64,000 nucleotides of DNA from an uncultured Methanomicrobiales archaeon. Lineage in GTDB: Archaea > Halobacteriota > Methanomicrobia > Methanomicrobiales > Methanospirillaceae. Where the stretch lies: contig CAVWXH010000016.1 of assembly GCA_963758915.1 (NCBI GenBank), positions 96,001 to 160,000 on the forward strand, given 5' to 3'. Position numbers and translations under genes: made by a program. The notes beneath the pieces are model-generated. The model searched no databases and had not been told where the DNA came from. It saw only the letters and a list, made by a program, of their open reading frames with translations. This document shows, piece by piece, positions 11,509 through 21,413 of the stretch. How positions within the stretch are numbered: position 1 is the first letter of the stretch; each line of letters begins with the position of its first letter.

Positions 11509-12330
11509 ATGATATCGGTCCTTTTCGTTGATGATGAACCGGCCCTGCTGGAGATCACCCGGTTGTATCTTGAGAAATCCGGATCAATCACGGTTGAAAC
11601 CTGCAGGTCTGCGCTCGAAGCGCTGGGGGTATTGAAAAACCGGCAGTTCGATGTTATTGTGTCAGATTACGAGATGCCCCTTATGGATGGGATCATGTTC
11701 CTCAAGATCCTCAGGGCGGAAGGAAATGATACCCCGTTCCTGATATTTACCGGAAAAGGGCGGGAACATGTTGTAATTGAGGCTCTTAATAACGGGGCTG
11801 ATTATTACCTGCAGAAAGGTGGAGATCCAAAGGCGCAGTTCATCGAACTTACCCACATGATCGAGCAGGCATTCCAGCGGCGTCATGTGGAACAGAACCT
11901 GCAGGCATCCGAGAAGTTACTGGTTGAAATAATAAATTTCCTGCCAGATGCAACATTTGCGATTGATACAGGCGGGGCGGTTATTTCATGGAACAAAGCC
12001 ATGGAGGAAATGACCGGAGTAAAAGCAGAAATGATAATGGGTAAGGGAAATCATGAGTATTCGCTTCCCTTTTATGGGACACGGCGCCCGATCCTTATTG
12101 ACCTGATCACAAAACCGGATGAAGAAGTCAGGCGGAAATTTTACTCGATCATTAAACATGAGGGGGATATGCTGATTGCAGAAACAGAAAATGCAAGGCC
12201 CAGGGGAAAACAATCGGTGCTCTGGGCAAAAGCAACACCCCTCTATAATCCCAAAGGGGAGATCATAGGAGCTATAGAATCAATCAGGGACATTACCGAA
12301 TTCCGGAAGCCTGAGAAAGCAGTCTCCTGA
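11509..12330 (+). CDS. Response regulator receiver plus PAS domain protein
   Basis: VLFVDDEP, SDYEMP phospho-acceptor Asp, GADYYLQKG; PAS segment LPDATFAID...WNKAMEEMTG...RDIT. Confidence 0.93.
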   Translation: MISVLFVDDEPALLEITRLYLEKSGSITVETCRSALEALGVLKNRQFDVIVSDYEMPLMDGIMFLKILRAEGNDTPFLIFTGKGREHVVIEALNNGADYYLQKGGDPKAQFIELTHMIEQAFQRRHVEQNLQASEKLLVEIINFLPDATFAIDTGGAVISWNKAMEEMTGVKAEMIMGKGNHEYSLPFYGTRRPILIDLITKPDEEVRRKFYSIIKHEGDMLIAETENARPRGKQSVLWAKATPLYNPKGEIIGAIESIRDITEFRKPEKAVS

Positions 12331-12358
12331 TATAACCCCTGCGGGAGTTACTCCCGAG

Positions 12359-12877
12359 ATGCCAGGAAGTTCTGCGGAGACAGCTTCTCCGGGTTTATTC
12401 GACCGCATGTTTGGGAAAACAGCGAATTCCTGGTACCATAAAGGTGTTGACCTTTACTATAAGCACGGGAAATACCAGGAAGCGCTCCAGGCGTTTGACC
12501 GGGTGCTTGAGATTGAACCTGACCATGCAGGTGCATGGAACGGCAGAGGTATCTGCCTCAAGGAACTGGGAAGGTATGAAGAGGCAATACAGTGCTTCAA
12601 CAGGGTTATTGCAATCAACCCGGCCGATGAGGAAGTCCATTATAACCGGGGGGAGGCGCTTGAAAAACTTGGCAAGAGTAATGGGGATTTAAAATTATTT
12701 GAAGAGGCGATAAGAAGTTTCGATGCGGTACTGAACCTGAATCCCTACCATGTATATGCATGGAATTACCGTGGGGTCTGCCTCAAGGAACTGGGAAGGT
12801 ATGAAGAAGCCAAGCGCTGTTTTGACCATGCACAACTCCTGATTCGCCGGGGCCAGAATAAATCCGGCAGAATTTAG
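12359..12877 (+). CDS. Tetratricopeptide repeat protein
   Basis: About four TPR units (AWNGRGICLKELGRYEEA and relatives). Confidence 0.92.
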   Translation: MPGSSAETASPGLFDRMFGKTANSWYHKGVDLYYKHGKYQEALQAFDRVLEIEPDHAGAWNGRGICLKELGRYEEAIQCFNRVIAINPADEEVHYNRGEALEKLGKSNGDLKLFEEAIRSFDAVLNLNPYHVYAWNYRGVCLKELGRYEEAKRCFDHAQLLIRRGQNKSGRI

Positions 12878-13088
12878 GAAAGTTATGATCCCATGAGATC
12901 CTGTCGGGGATCGATTATTGCCCTGTCTTTCGTGCCGCTGGTTGTCCGGAATGCGGCTTTCATGATGTAGTCCAGATAAGCCGGGTGACCTGGTACCTCC
13001 TGGATGTTTCAGGTGGAAATAGGGGAAACTGCAGGAATTAAAGGACCAGGTCCGTTATACTGTAGCATAAGCAAAATCCTGGTTTTTC

Positions 13089-13260
13089 GGCTTTGTTGAA
13101 ACCCTTTGGTGTTATAAAAAATAAGAGGGAAATACGAAGACCTGGAGGGGGTTTCACCGCCTCCCTGCCCACCCCCATTAAGATATTCTTCGGGCAGGGT
13201 TTCGGCGAAGGCTCATTAAATTCAGAGTATTGGAGGATTATCTCTATCCCAACCGGGGTC
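13089..13260 (+). mobile_element. 5' part of the MITE-like element
   Basis: Begins GGCTTTGTTGAAACCC and follows 6882-7053 closely, then stops abruptly. Confidence 0.75.
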
Positions 13261-13565
13261 TGTTCTCCAGATACTTTTATTTTATCTTCTCTGGTGATTA
13301 TGGTGCTTCCTGTAGTTTAATCAGTCTCCGGACGGGCCTTAGTAAAAACAGGTAATGTATATCTGGGTATTCATCATATGCTACTACCAAGAGGAGTGGT
13401 ATGACCCTTCGGGACATTGATCGGTTCCGGGTGGCAGGGAAAGATATATTGGAAGAGTCAGGAAGATCAACATGAAGTGGGGCAGGTGCGTAACTCCCTT
13501 GAACAGCAGGGAAATATGCAGCAGTCCTTCCCGGAAAATTGTAACTATTTCAATTTGGGTGAAAT

Positions 13566-15416
13566 ATGAAGATAACCACTGACCTGGTGGAAAAAAATAG
13601 TATTAAAGTCCTTATTATTGGTATAACTACTATTGGAGCAGTTTTATTCGATATTTCCGGCCAGGTAAACGGGGCTTCAATTTTTGCACCGCTCCTGTTT
13701 TTCCTCCCAATTATCCTTGCTGCATACTGGTTCCCGCATAAGGGTGTATTATATGCCGTTGGTATCGGGATCCTGCAATTAATTCTTGTATCACAGTTCA
13801 CCTATCCCGACCTCGCCCCACTGACCTATGCGACAGCTACGGCGAGCTTTTATGTCCTTGTGGCGGTTTCAGTTGTGGTATCGGCACTTTCAGGGAACCT
13901 GCGGTTGCAGGAAGCAAGTTACCAGGCAATTTTCAACGATTCCCAGGCGGGTGTACTCCTTGTTTCAGACCGTGAAGAAACGCTGGTGATCGAAGAAGTA
14001 AATAAAAGTGCGGCTTCAAGCCTTGGGTACCTCCCGCAAGACCTTGCCGGTGCCAGGCTTATTTCAATCTGGGATAACTCTCCTGCTTTTAAGAAAATAA
14101 TGGGCCGGCTGGAACATGAACACAGTATTCTGGATATTGAGTCTTTTTTTGTAACCCGCCAGGGTACCTCATTTCCCGTGCTTGTTACTGCAGCACGTCT
14201 GCCGGAACACCACCTGGTCTTTACCTTTATGGATATCACGTCAATCCGGGAAGCCGAAGAAAAAATAAAACGACGGAATAACCAGCTCAGCATTGTAAAC
14301 GAAGTAATCACGATCACATCCAATTCAGAGAGTGTGTATGACCTCCTGGACCGATCCTTTGGAAAAATTAAAAAACTTCTTCCCGTTACTTCAGGGGCAA
14401 TCTACCTCCTGGACGAAGACCGGCATCTCCTGGAGGCCCATTACCATTCGGATGAAGAAGGCGTGACTTCGTCATTACCATTAAAGATCCCGCTAGTAAC
14501 CCCCCCGTTCAATGACGTTGTGCTTCATGGAAGTGCACTGTATACGACGTACTCTTCAGGTGGGAATGAATTCAATACGCAACAATTGAGTGCTGTTATT
14601 CCTGTAAGTTGTGAATCAAGAGTAATTGGATTGTTATGCCTGGTAAGTCCCAAAAACGAGCCATTTGCAGAGGATGACCGGGTTGTCCTTGAATCCATTG
14701 GTAAAGAGATAGGTTGTGCAGTCCAAAAACTCCGGCTTTCTGATAACCTGATCGAGGCGAACAGGAGGGCCAACCTGTACCTCGATATCCTGGTCCATGA
14801 CATCAATAATGCAAACCTTGCCTCCCTCGGGTATGGGGAACTTCTCACAGAAATGCTAACAGGGAAGGAGAAAGATGTGGCAGGGAAATTGATTGAAGGA
14901 GTCCTGAAGAGTCGTGAAGTAATACGGAACCTCGATACGATCCGCCATATACAGGAGCGGAGATTTGATTTCAAGGTTATTAATCTGGACACCCTGATCA
15001 AGCAGGAAATCAGGCACTATCCCTCGGCAGCGATTGACTATGGGGGGTGTAAAACCCTTGTCATGGCGGACGACCTGCTCGCAGAAGTCCTTACGAACCT
15101 TATCGGGAATAGTGCAAAATTTGGAGGCCCGGGTGTACGTATCACCATAAACGTGCAGGACTGTTCTGATCACCTGGCAAAAATAACCATCGCTGATGAA
15201 GGGCCGGGTGTACCGGATGAATTAAAATCAGTAATATTTATCAGGTTCCAGACAGGGGAGGAAAAAGGCAGCGGAAAAGGACTCGGGCTGTTTATTACAA
15301 AAACCCTTATTGAAAGGTACGGGGGTAAAATCTGGGTTGAAGACCGTATAAAGGGCAAATCCAGCAGTGGTGCGGCATTCGTGTTTACACTTCCAACAGC
15401 TAATCCCGGGTCATAA
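13566..15416 (+). CDS. Membrane-bound PAS/GAF sensor histidine kinase
   Basis: N-terminal TM helices, PAS, GAF, H-box LVHDINN, N-box NLIGNSAKF, DEGPG and GKGLGL. Confidence 0.94.
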   Translation: MKITTDLVEKNSIKVLIIGITTIGAVLFDISGQVNGASIFAPLLFFLPIILAAYWFPHKGVLYAVGIGILQLILVSQFTYPDLAPLTYATATASFYVLVAVSVVVSALSGNLRLQEASYQAIFNDSQAGVLLVSDREETLVIEEVNKSAASSLGYLPQDLAGARLISIWDNSPAFKKIMGRLEHEHSILDIESFFVTRQGTSFPVLVTAARLPEHHLVFTFMDITSIREAEEKIKRRNNQLSIVNEVITITSNSESVYDLLDRSFGKIKKLLPVTSGAIYLLDEDRHLLEAHYHSDEEGVTSSLPLKIPLVTPPFNDVVLHGSALYTTYSSGGNEFNTQQLSAVIPVSCESRVIGLLCLVSPKNEPFAEDDRVVLESIGKEIGCAVQKLRLSDNLIEANRRANLYLDILVHDINNANLASLGYGELLTEMLTGKEKDVAGKLIEGVLKSREVIRNLDTIRHIQERRFDFKVINLDTLIKQEIRHYPSAAIDYGGCKTLVMADDLLAEVLTNLIGNSAKFGGPGVRITINVQDCSDHLAKITIADEGPGVPDELKSVIFIRFQTGEEKGSGKGLGLFITKTLIERYGGKIWVEDRIKGKSSSGAAFVFTLPTANPGS

Positions 15417-15571
15417 GTCTTATTGGACCAGGATGTAAACCTGTCTTTTTTTATGCTGTATTTTCTGTTTCATTTACGATCTATGATGAAATACGTTGAC
15501 CGGACGGTGGTTCACCCTGTCCCTGTCCAACCCTAATTACGATGAACGTTCTGGCAACTTCCAGCGGTAGA

Positions 15572-15690
15572 ATTCCAAAAAAAATCGAGAATAACTGTCC
15601 TCCCTTGTATCAACCGGGTTCGCCAAAGCGGTGGGGTTCAAGCCCCGGGACCGGATACCCTAATCTGCAGGATAGATTTGAGAACCTCTG
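15572..15690 (+). repeat. 3' part of the MITE-like repeat
   Basis: CAACCGGGTTCGCCAAAGCGGTGGGG...GCCCCGGGA...AATCTGCAGGATAGATTTGAGA matches 7044-7128. Confidence 0.65.
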
Positions 15691-15713
15691 AATAATCTCT
15701 TACTCTCTTTCCT

Positions 15714-16493
15714 TCATCCCCACGGGGGGTGAAGCAGGAGGATAATAACCGGCTGGTGCAGGATATAGATGGCGAGCGAATGTCTGCCGAGGAATGCCAG
15801 TGCTTTACCAGGATATTCCGTCAGTTTAGAACTGGTAAAGAATTCCGGGAATGTATAACTTCGTTTACCCCCCGGATAGAATAGTTCCCCGAGATAAATT
15901 CCAATAAGTACGAGTCCAAACCAGGGGAATATGGGCGTATAATCCACACTATAAAATGAGGCCGGATGTATGCCCAGCGGGAGGAGGATAAATGGTCCCC
16001 TTACTCCCTGCAGCAGGATTCCACCAATAATGAACAATATACCGCCATACAATGCTATCAACTTCCTGTGGAAAAAAAAGGGGGCGATAATAATAGAAAA
16101 ACCGATGAGGTGCAGAATTCCAAAAATAATGTAGCCCTCACCAAGGTACCACCAGGTTACAATGGTAATCAAGGCCGCAATAATCAGGATTGTTATACCT
16201 CGTTTCAGGTATTTCATGAAAAAATTTCGCCTGTTCATTACCACTTCAGCTTTTACAGCACTGATCGTAAATGAAATCCCCACTAACAGCAGGAAAAGTG
16301 AAGCGGTGATGATGGCGAAGACCTTCCAGAACCCCGTTGTGACGTCTATCGGATAGATATTGAAAAAATACAGATCAAAGAGGAAATGATAGAGGACCAT
16401 CATGATAACCGCAAGTCCTCTCAGGAGGTCTATTTCTACGAATCGTCCTCCGGACACATTTTCTGGCATAATAACCTGGGAACTGGTCTTCAT
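15714..16493 (-). CDS. DUF1624 / heparan-alpha-glucosaminide N-acetyltransferase-like membrane protein
   Basis: RFVEIDLLRG..MVLYH, FGILHLIG, SVDYTPIFPW, GRHSLAIYILHQP motifs. Confidence 0.9.
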   Translation of the reverse strand: MKTSSQVIMPENVSGGRFVEIDLLRGLAVIMMVLYHFLFDLYFFNIYPIDVTTGFWKVFAIITASLFLLLVGISFTISAVKAEVVMNRRNFFMKYLKRGITILIIAALITIVTWWYLGEGYIIFGILHLIGFSIIIAPFFFHRKLIALYGGILFIIGGILLQGVRGPFILLPLGIHPASFYSVDYTPIFPWFGLVLIGIYLGELFYPGGKRSYTFPEFFTSSKLTEYPGKALAFLGRHSLAIYILHQPVIILLLHPPWG

Positions 16494-16497
16494 TTCA

Positions 16498-16590
16498 GCT
16501 TTGTTGAAAAGCTCTCAACTATATGGTTAAGATTAGGTCATTCCAAAATTTAATCACGCTCCCCGGATTGTCCCTGCACCACACCTGATT
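16498..16590 (-). repeat. Reverse-oriented 3' end of the MITE-like repeat
   Basis: Reverse complement reads GGGGAGCGTGATTAAATTTTGGAAT...GAGAGCTTTTCAACAAAGC, matching 7078-7130 and 35080-35142. Confidence 0.6.
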
Positions 16591-16674
16591 GGCAATTCAT
16601 GTGCCGGACAAATCAAATAATATAAATAGGATTTTTTTAATAATGAAATTAAATATTGAATTTAGGGGATTTGA

Positions 16675-17259
16675 ATGACGATTGAAGAACTTTTATCCGG
16701 GAATGAGCAGTTTCGGAGTGTACAGTTTAAGAAAAATATCAGCGTGTACAATGAACTGGCCAGAGGGCAGAAACCCGAGATACTCTGGATTGGGTGCTCG
16801 GATTCTCGTCTCCAGACCGGGCATATCACGGATTCAATGCCTGGGACCCTGTTCATTCACAGGAATATCGGGAATATGGCTGCTCTCAATGACTGGAATC
16901 TTTCGACTGTGCTTGAATACGGGATTAAACATCTAAAAGTCAAACATATCGTGATCTGCGGGCATTCGGATTGCGGCGCAATCAAAGCCCTCGACAAGGA
17001 CCTCGATGATGCATACATACCAAACTGGCTGAACAACGCAATGGATGCAAAAAAACGTGTTGATGCAAAGATCCCAAAGCCTGGCACGCCGGCAGAATTA
17101 AAAGAACGTTCAACGATGATCGAGCAGGAGAATGTCAGGCTGCAAATCGAACATTTAAAAACATACCCCCTTGTCAGGGACGCTATTCATGCGAAGAGTA
17201 TCCAGGTCCATGGCCTTTATTATGATCTTGACACGGGACTGCTCACAAAAATTGTGTAA
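16675..17259 (+). CDS. can: Beta-class carbonic anhydrase
   Basis: Zn ligands in GCSDSR and GHSDCGA; HRNIGN motif. Confidence 0.95.
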   Translation: MTIEELLSGNEQFRSVQFKKNISVYNELARGQKPEILWIGCSDSRLQTGHITDSMPGTLFIHRNIGNMAALNDWNLSTVLEYGIKHLKVKHIVICGHSDCGAIKALDKDLDDAYIPNWLNNAMDAKKRVDAKIPKPGTPAELKERSTMIEQENVRLQIEHLKTYPLVRDAIHAKSIQVHGLYYDLDTGLLTKIV

Positions 17260-17601
17260 TCAGGGTTGACACTTTTCTATCTCTTTTTTTATCAAGGGCA
17301 ATGAAACCCGTCCGATTGGGGTAATTTTCCCGTTAACGAGAATAATTGGGATCGGGGGGAAGTGTTCTGAAATAATTGCTTCGATGTGAGGGGGGACTTC
17401 ATCGTCAATAAGGGTCAGTTTCAATGACAGGGTGTCCCCGTATTCTTTACGGAGTGTTTTTTCCAGTATTTCAAATGCCCTGACCAGTGTCCCCATTGGA
17501 TAACAGTCTGAAAGCCCGCAACTTCTCTCTTCATCACACGCAAAAGGTGAGCAGTATGAGTCCCTAAGTCCAATCACCTCGATGTTGATAGTATTTGCCA
17601 T
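17260..17601 (-). CDS. Cys-rich hypothetical protein, possible thioredoxin-like fold
   Basis: CSPFACDEERSCGLSDC cluster; C-terminal PIPIILVNGK resembles the cis-Pro strand of Trx-fold proteins. Confidence 0.75.
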   Translation of the reverse strand: MANTINIEVIGLRDSYCSPFACDEERSCGLSDCYPMGTLVRAFEILEKTLRKEYGDTLSLKLTLIDDEVPPHIEAIISEHFPPIPIILVNGKITPIGRVSLPLIKKEIEKCQP

Positions 17602-18121
17602 AATAAATCATTGAAGAGGGAGTATTTGATGGTTCATATACCCGCAAAGATTTGGAACCTGGTCCCAAGATAGGAAGAGTAACGCGCACGGATAATTATT
17701 GATCAAATTACGAGGTAGTAATCTAATATTTCAGGTCTTTCATAATTTCAGTCAATTATCACTCGTATTTCAACTACTTCATTAAGCAGATTATTAGATT
17801 AGGTGATTCTTGATGATCTTTTATGAGATCTGAAATCCCCCCCTGATTTTCAAATTAATCTTCAAATGCCCCGCCAATCTGGAAACACTCGTAATAAATC
17901 TGCTTATACGTAAGAAAAAATTTGTAAGATAAGTATAGATATTAGTATTAATAATTCTATTACTCCGAAGTTGGCTATAACAGGTCCTGAGAAAACCTCT
18001 ACAGTTTTCTTTTGTCGGCAACGGAATTCATCTGATAATTATTGCACCAATTCGGGTACCGGGTAATCCACACAAAAGGAATCGATCTGATCCCTCATCC
18101 GTACCATCCAATTACACCCCT

Positions 18122-18153
18122 CAAAAAAACAAAAGACCCGGGAAAACCGGGTC
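18122..18153 (-). terminator. Hairpin plus U-tract downstream of the FDR gene
   Basis: Minus strand reads GACCCGGTTTTCCCGGGTC followed by TTTTGTTTTTTT. Confidence 0.4.
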
Positions 18154-18283
18154 CATCGCATATTTTTTTTATCGCTTGTTGTAAGACCATTTTTTTCCGT
18201 GCAGATCATAGATCAGGAAGAAAATCTTGTATGGGACCTTTTATTCCGGCAATGCGGTAATAGAGATCCCCGGAACCTGATTT

Positions 18284-18790
18284 TCACATAAACCTTTCAA
18301 AACGGTCTTTTTTGGCCTTACAAACCGGGCAGACCAGGGGGGCTTCATCCCTCGCGCAGAGATAGCCGCAAACCCTGCAGCGCCAGACCGGGTACGACAG
18401 GGATCCTGTCTGGGTTGTATGAATCGTTTTCCTGCTGTTTCTTTCACACCGTGGGGGCCTTCGCTCAGGCACGCAGGAAAGGGACTGTTTATTCGACAGG
18501 ATAGCATCAGAAACATACAAAGCGCAGTAACAGGCGCCATACTGGTCAAGGTCCGGGTCGCGGTAATCACATGGACATATGATGTCGAGATCTTCGGCTT
18601 TTATCCCTTTTGAGAAGCGGCAGGGACACGCAGGATATCCATACCGGGCTTCATTAATTAGCAACCCACGGACAAGTTTTTTTGTAAACTCCTTGTCAGG
18701 GCCAAGGTGGTAGCCGCCTTCTCTGGCCTCTCGGTCAAGCACCTGGTACTTTTTCTCCACGTCATCCTGGTTGATGTCCTCCATGTTCAT
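18284..18790 (-). CDS. Ferredoxin:disulfide reductase (FTR catalytic-chain domain plus C-terminal rubredoxin-like domain)
   Basis: CPCR, CPCDY, CYCALY FTR motifs; WRCRVCGY...CPVC rubredoxin motif. Confidence 0.92.
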   Translation of the reverse strand: MNMEDINQDDVEKKYQVLDREAREGGYHLGPDKEFTKKLVRGLLINEARYGYPACPCRFSKGIKAEDLDIICPCDYRDPDLDQYGACYCALYVSDAILSNKQSLSCVPERRPPRCERNSRKTIHTTQTGSLSYPVWRCRVCGYLCARDEAPLVCPVCKAKKDRFERFM

Positions 18791-19068
18791 TGCCTGAATG
18801 CACCCCTGATCTCTTCCTCCCGGAACCCGATTACGGCTTTCCGATCATTGATGATGAGCGTAGGAAACGATCCAGCCGGGTTCCACTTCTCGATGAGTGC
18901 AATTGCATCGTCCATCTCTTCTGGTGGCAGAAGATCGACATAGACAAAATCAAAGGCAATTCCGAGTTCTTTTAATAATTCCTTGGTCTTACTGCACCAT
19001 CCGCAGGTAGAGAGTGCAAACAGTACGACCTTCCCTTCATTGTTTCCATCTACATGTTCCATTTTCAT
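18787..19068 (-). CDS. Glutaredoxin-like protein (methanoredoxin type)
   Basis: STCGWC active site and SFPT cis-Pro motif; ATG at 19068 preceded by GGAGG; overlaps the FDR start. Confidence 0.9.
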   Translation of the reverse strand: MKMEHVDGNNEGKVVLFALSTCGWCSKTKELLKELGIAFDFVYVDLLPPEEMDDAIALIEKWNPAGSFPTLIINDRKAVIGFREEEIRGAFRQ

Positions 19069-19120
19069 AGTATCCTCCAGGTCAGGGGTTTTCTTTGCCA
19101 ATTAGCATTGCGAGGAGTAG

Positions 19121-19302
19121 TATATAAGGGTTCATTGAGTGAACGATAGTACCGTTTTACAACTCACGGTGACACAATCACCTTGACCAAGGCCAATTTA
19201 TTACTGGTATATCCAGGGTGTTTCCATTTCCTAATCATTGTGCAATTTCTCACAGATTTAACACGGTGACCTTGTGATAAACCGGATTACCCTGATTATA
19301 AA
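19121..19302. promoter_or_regulatory. Divergent promoter region between grx-FDR and the acs operon
   Basis: TTATATA on the minus strand at 19121-19127; TTATAAA on the plus strand at 19296-19302; repeated CACGGTGAC. Confidence 0.4.
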
Positions 19303-19377
19303 CCCCCTGAAAGATTGGGATTATCAGAAATCATTTACCATATGGCGATGGAATACTTGTAACAGAGGTATCTGCCG

Positions 19378-21408
19378 ATGACCGAGATGATGACCGCAAT
19401 AAAACTAGGCAATGCAAGCCTGAAGGAGAAAATGAATGCTATAAATGGGCCCATTGCGTATGAAGAGACTGCATATCACCTTCCTGTTGCCTATGCCCTC
19501 ACAGGCCGCCCGGTACATACAGCACAGGAGGCGATCGAGGTGTACAATCTCACCAGCGAAAACCCATTTGTTGCGTGTGAGTCTTTGATGGCCTTTTATG
19601 AACAGGGCCCGGGCCGTGAACCTGCCCCGTATACCGGGTTTATCGGAGATGCAGTACTCAGAAAACTCGGGTACTCACTTGTTGACGGGAGTATCCTCGG
19701 ACTCGCGCTCGTGATTGGTACCCCCGGGAACTCCGATACGGCCTCCCGGATATGCAGGGAGCTTCAGGAAAAATACATGCTTACCTTCCTTGCCGGGGAC
19801 GTGGTAACCTCTCTCTCGTCAGCTTCGGTTAAACTGGGACTTGAGTACCGGCTTATCCCTCTCGGTTCAACATCCATCCATGGCGTGCATTTTGTTGATA
19901 TCATCACCCGTGTTGCCCTGATGTTCGGCGGGGTTGTCCCTGGTGACCCGGGCAGGCTGCTGGCCTATGCAAACCAGCGTGCAAAAGCGATTGCGATCGT
20001 ATTTCCAGGTCTCGATAATGAAGGTATTGCCCTGGTTGACGCTCTGCGGCTCCTTGGTATCCCGATCCTGTCTCTCGGGGGATACGAGGGTGGTGAGTGG
20101 ACCTCGACGGTCCCGCAGGACGCTGTCAGGGAAGGGATGGAAAGAAAAGGGATCAAGGTTACCGTTACGGCTATCCCTATCCCGATGTCATGTTCCCCGG
20201 CATTTGAAGGCAAGAGTATAAGAAAGGAAGAGATGTACGTGGAATTCGGCGGGGGTCGTTCTCCTGCATTTGAGCTGCTCCGTGTAAAATCTGCATCTGA
20301 AGTAACTGATGGCCTGATCCGCGTTATGGGTCCTGAAATTGAGTCTGTTAAGGAGGGCTCGGCAGTCCCTCTTGGAATTATTGTTGATGTCGCAGGAAAA
20401 TCAATGAGGAAGGACTTCGAACCCGTTTTAGAGCGAAGGATCCATAATTTCGTCAATTATGGTGAAGGATCATGGCATGTTGCACAGCGTGACCTCATCT
20501 GGATAAGAATCTCAAAAGAAGCAGTAAAAAACGGTATAAAAATCGAGCATATCGGCAAGCTTATCGCGACCAAGTTCAGGATTGATTTCCCTGACCTCCT
20601 GGACGCTGTCCAGGTAACAATGGTGACAGACCTCCAGGCTGTTCTGGCAGGAAAAAAGGATGCGGAGGCAATTTACGAGGAACGTGACAGGCGTATCCAG
20701 GGGATGAAAGATACCGATGTTGACCTGTTCTATTCCTGCACGCTCTGCCAGACCTTCGCACCAAACCATGTCTGTATTATCACACCCGAAAGGCCCGCGC
20801 TATGTGGCGCAATCTCCTGGCTGGATGGTAAAATTGCATATGAAATATCACCTTCTGGTGCAAACCAGCCTGTTGAGAAAGGGGTAGTTATTGACAGGGA
20901 TAAGGGAGAATTCGAAGGTGTGAACCGTTTTGTAAAGAAAGCCTCGCATGGAGAGGTTGAACGTTGTTCCCTGTACAGTATAATGGAATACCCGATGACA
21001 TGTTGCGGGTGCTTTGAATGCATAGCCCTGATGCTCCCCGAGGTGAACGGCATCATGGTCGTGAACCGCGAATACAAGGGGGACACACCCTCCGGCATGT
21101 CTTTTTCAACGCTTGCAGGGACAATCGGTGGTGGTGCCCAGACGCCTGGTTTCGCCGGGATCTCTAAAAATTATATCCTTTCTGACCGTTTTTTACAGGA
21201 TGAAGGGGGAATTGAACGACTTGTCTGGCTCCCATCCCTGGTAAAAGAGGAGCTGAAAGAACGGCTCGTTAAGAGACTGAATGAACTTGGTCACCCGGAC
21301 CTGTTTGAAAAAATTGCCGATGAGACGAAGGCAACAACCTTAGAGGAACTGGTTGCATTCCTCGACGAAGTACAGCACCCGGCACTCACTATGAAACCGT
21401 TACTATGA
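19378..21408 (+). CDS. acsB: Acetyl-CoA synthase, bacterial-type (AcsB/CdhC family with N-terminal domain)
   Basis: A-cluster ligands SCTLCQTFAPNHVC...LCGA and PMTCCGCFE; N-terminal ETAYHLP and GFIGD.VLR..G..LVDG domain absent from archaeal CdhC; 676 aa. Confidence 0.93.
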   Translation: MTEMMTAIKLGNASLKEKMNAINGPIAYEETAYHLPVAYALTGRPVHTAQEAIEVYNLTSENPFVACESLMAFYEQGPGREPAPYTGFIGDAVLRKLGYSLVDGSILGLALVIGTPGNSDTASRICRELQEKYMLTFLAGDVVTSLSSASVKLGLEYRLIPLGSTSIHGVHFVDIITRVALMFGGVVPGDPGRLLAYANQRAKAIAIVFPGLDNEGIALVDALRLLGIPILSLGGYEGGEWTSTVPQDAVREGMERKGIKVTVTAIPIPMSCSPAFEGKSIRKEEMYVEFGGGRSPAFELLRVKSASEVTDGLIRVMGPEIESVKEGSAVPLGIIVDVAGKSMRKDFEPVLERRIHNFVNYGEGSWHVAQRDLIWIRISKEAVKNGIKIEHIGKLIATKFRIDFPDLLDAVQVTMVTDLQAVLAGKKDAEAIYEERDRRIQGMKDTDVDLFYSCTLCQTFAPNHVCIITPERPALCGAISWLDGKIAYEISPSGANQPVEKGVVIDRDKGEFEGVNRFVKKASHGEVERCSLYSIMEYPMTCCGCFECIALMLPEVNGIMVVNREYKGDTPSGMSFSTLAGTIGGGAQTPGFAGISKNYILSDRFLQDEGGIERLVWLPSLVKEELKERLVKRLNELGHPDLFEKIADETKATTLEELVAFLDEVQHPALTMKPLL

Positions 21409-21413
21409 GGTGA

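Noticed and set aside
15714-15735. Possible truncation or frameshift at the DUF1624 C-terminus (C6 run, HPPWG*)
   Set aside because: The conserved HQP motif is already complete and alternative frames give no better tail
17602-18283. AT-rich gap with short ORFs (17821-18021, 18042-18260)
   Set aside because: No motifs, no repeat-family match and no ORB-like origin repeats that I could identify
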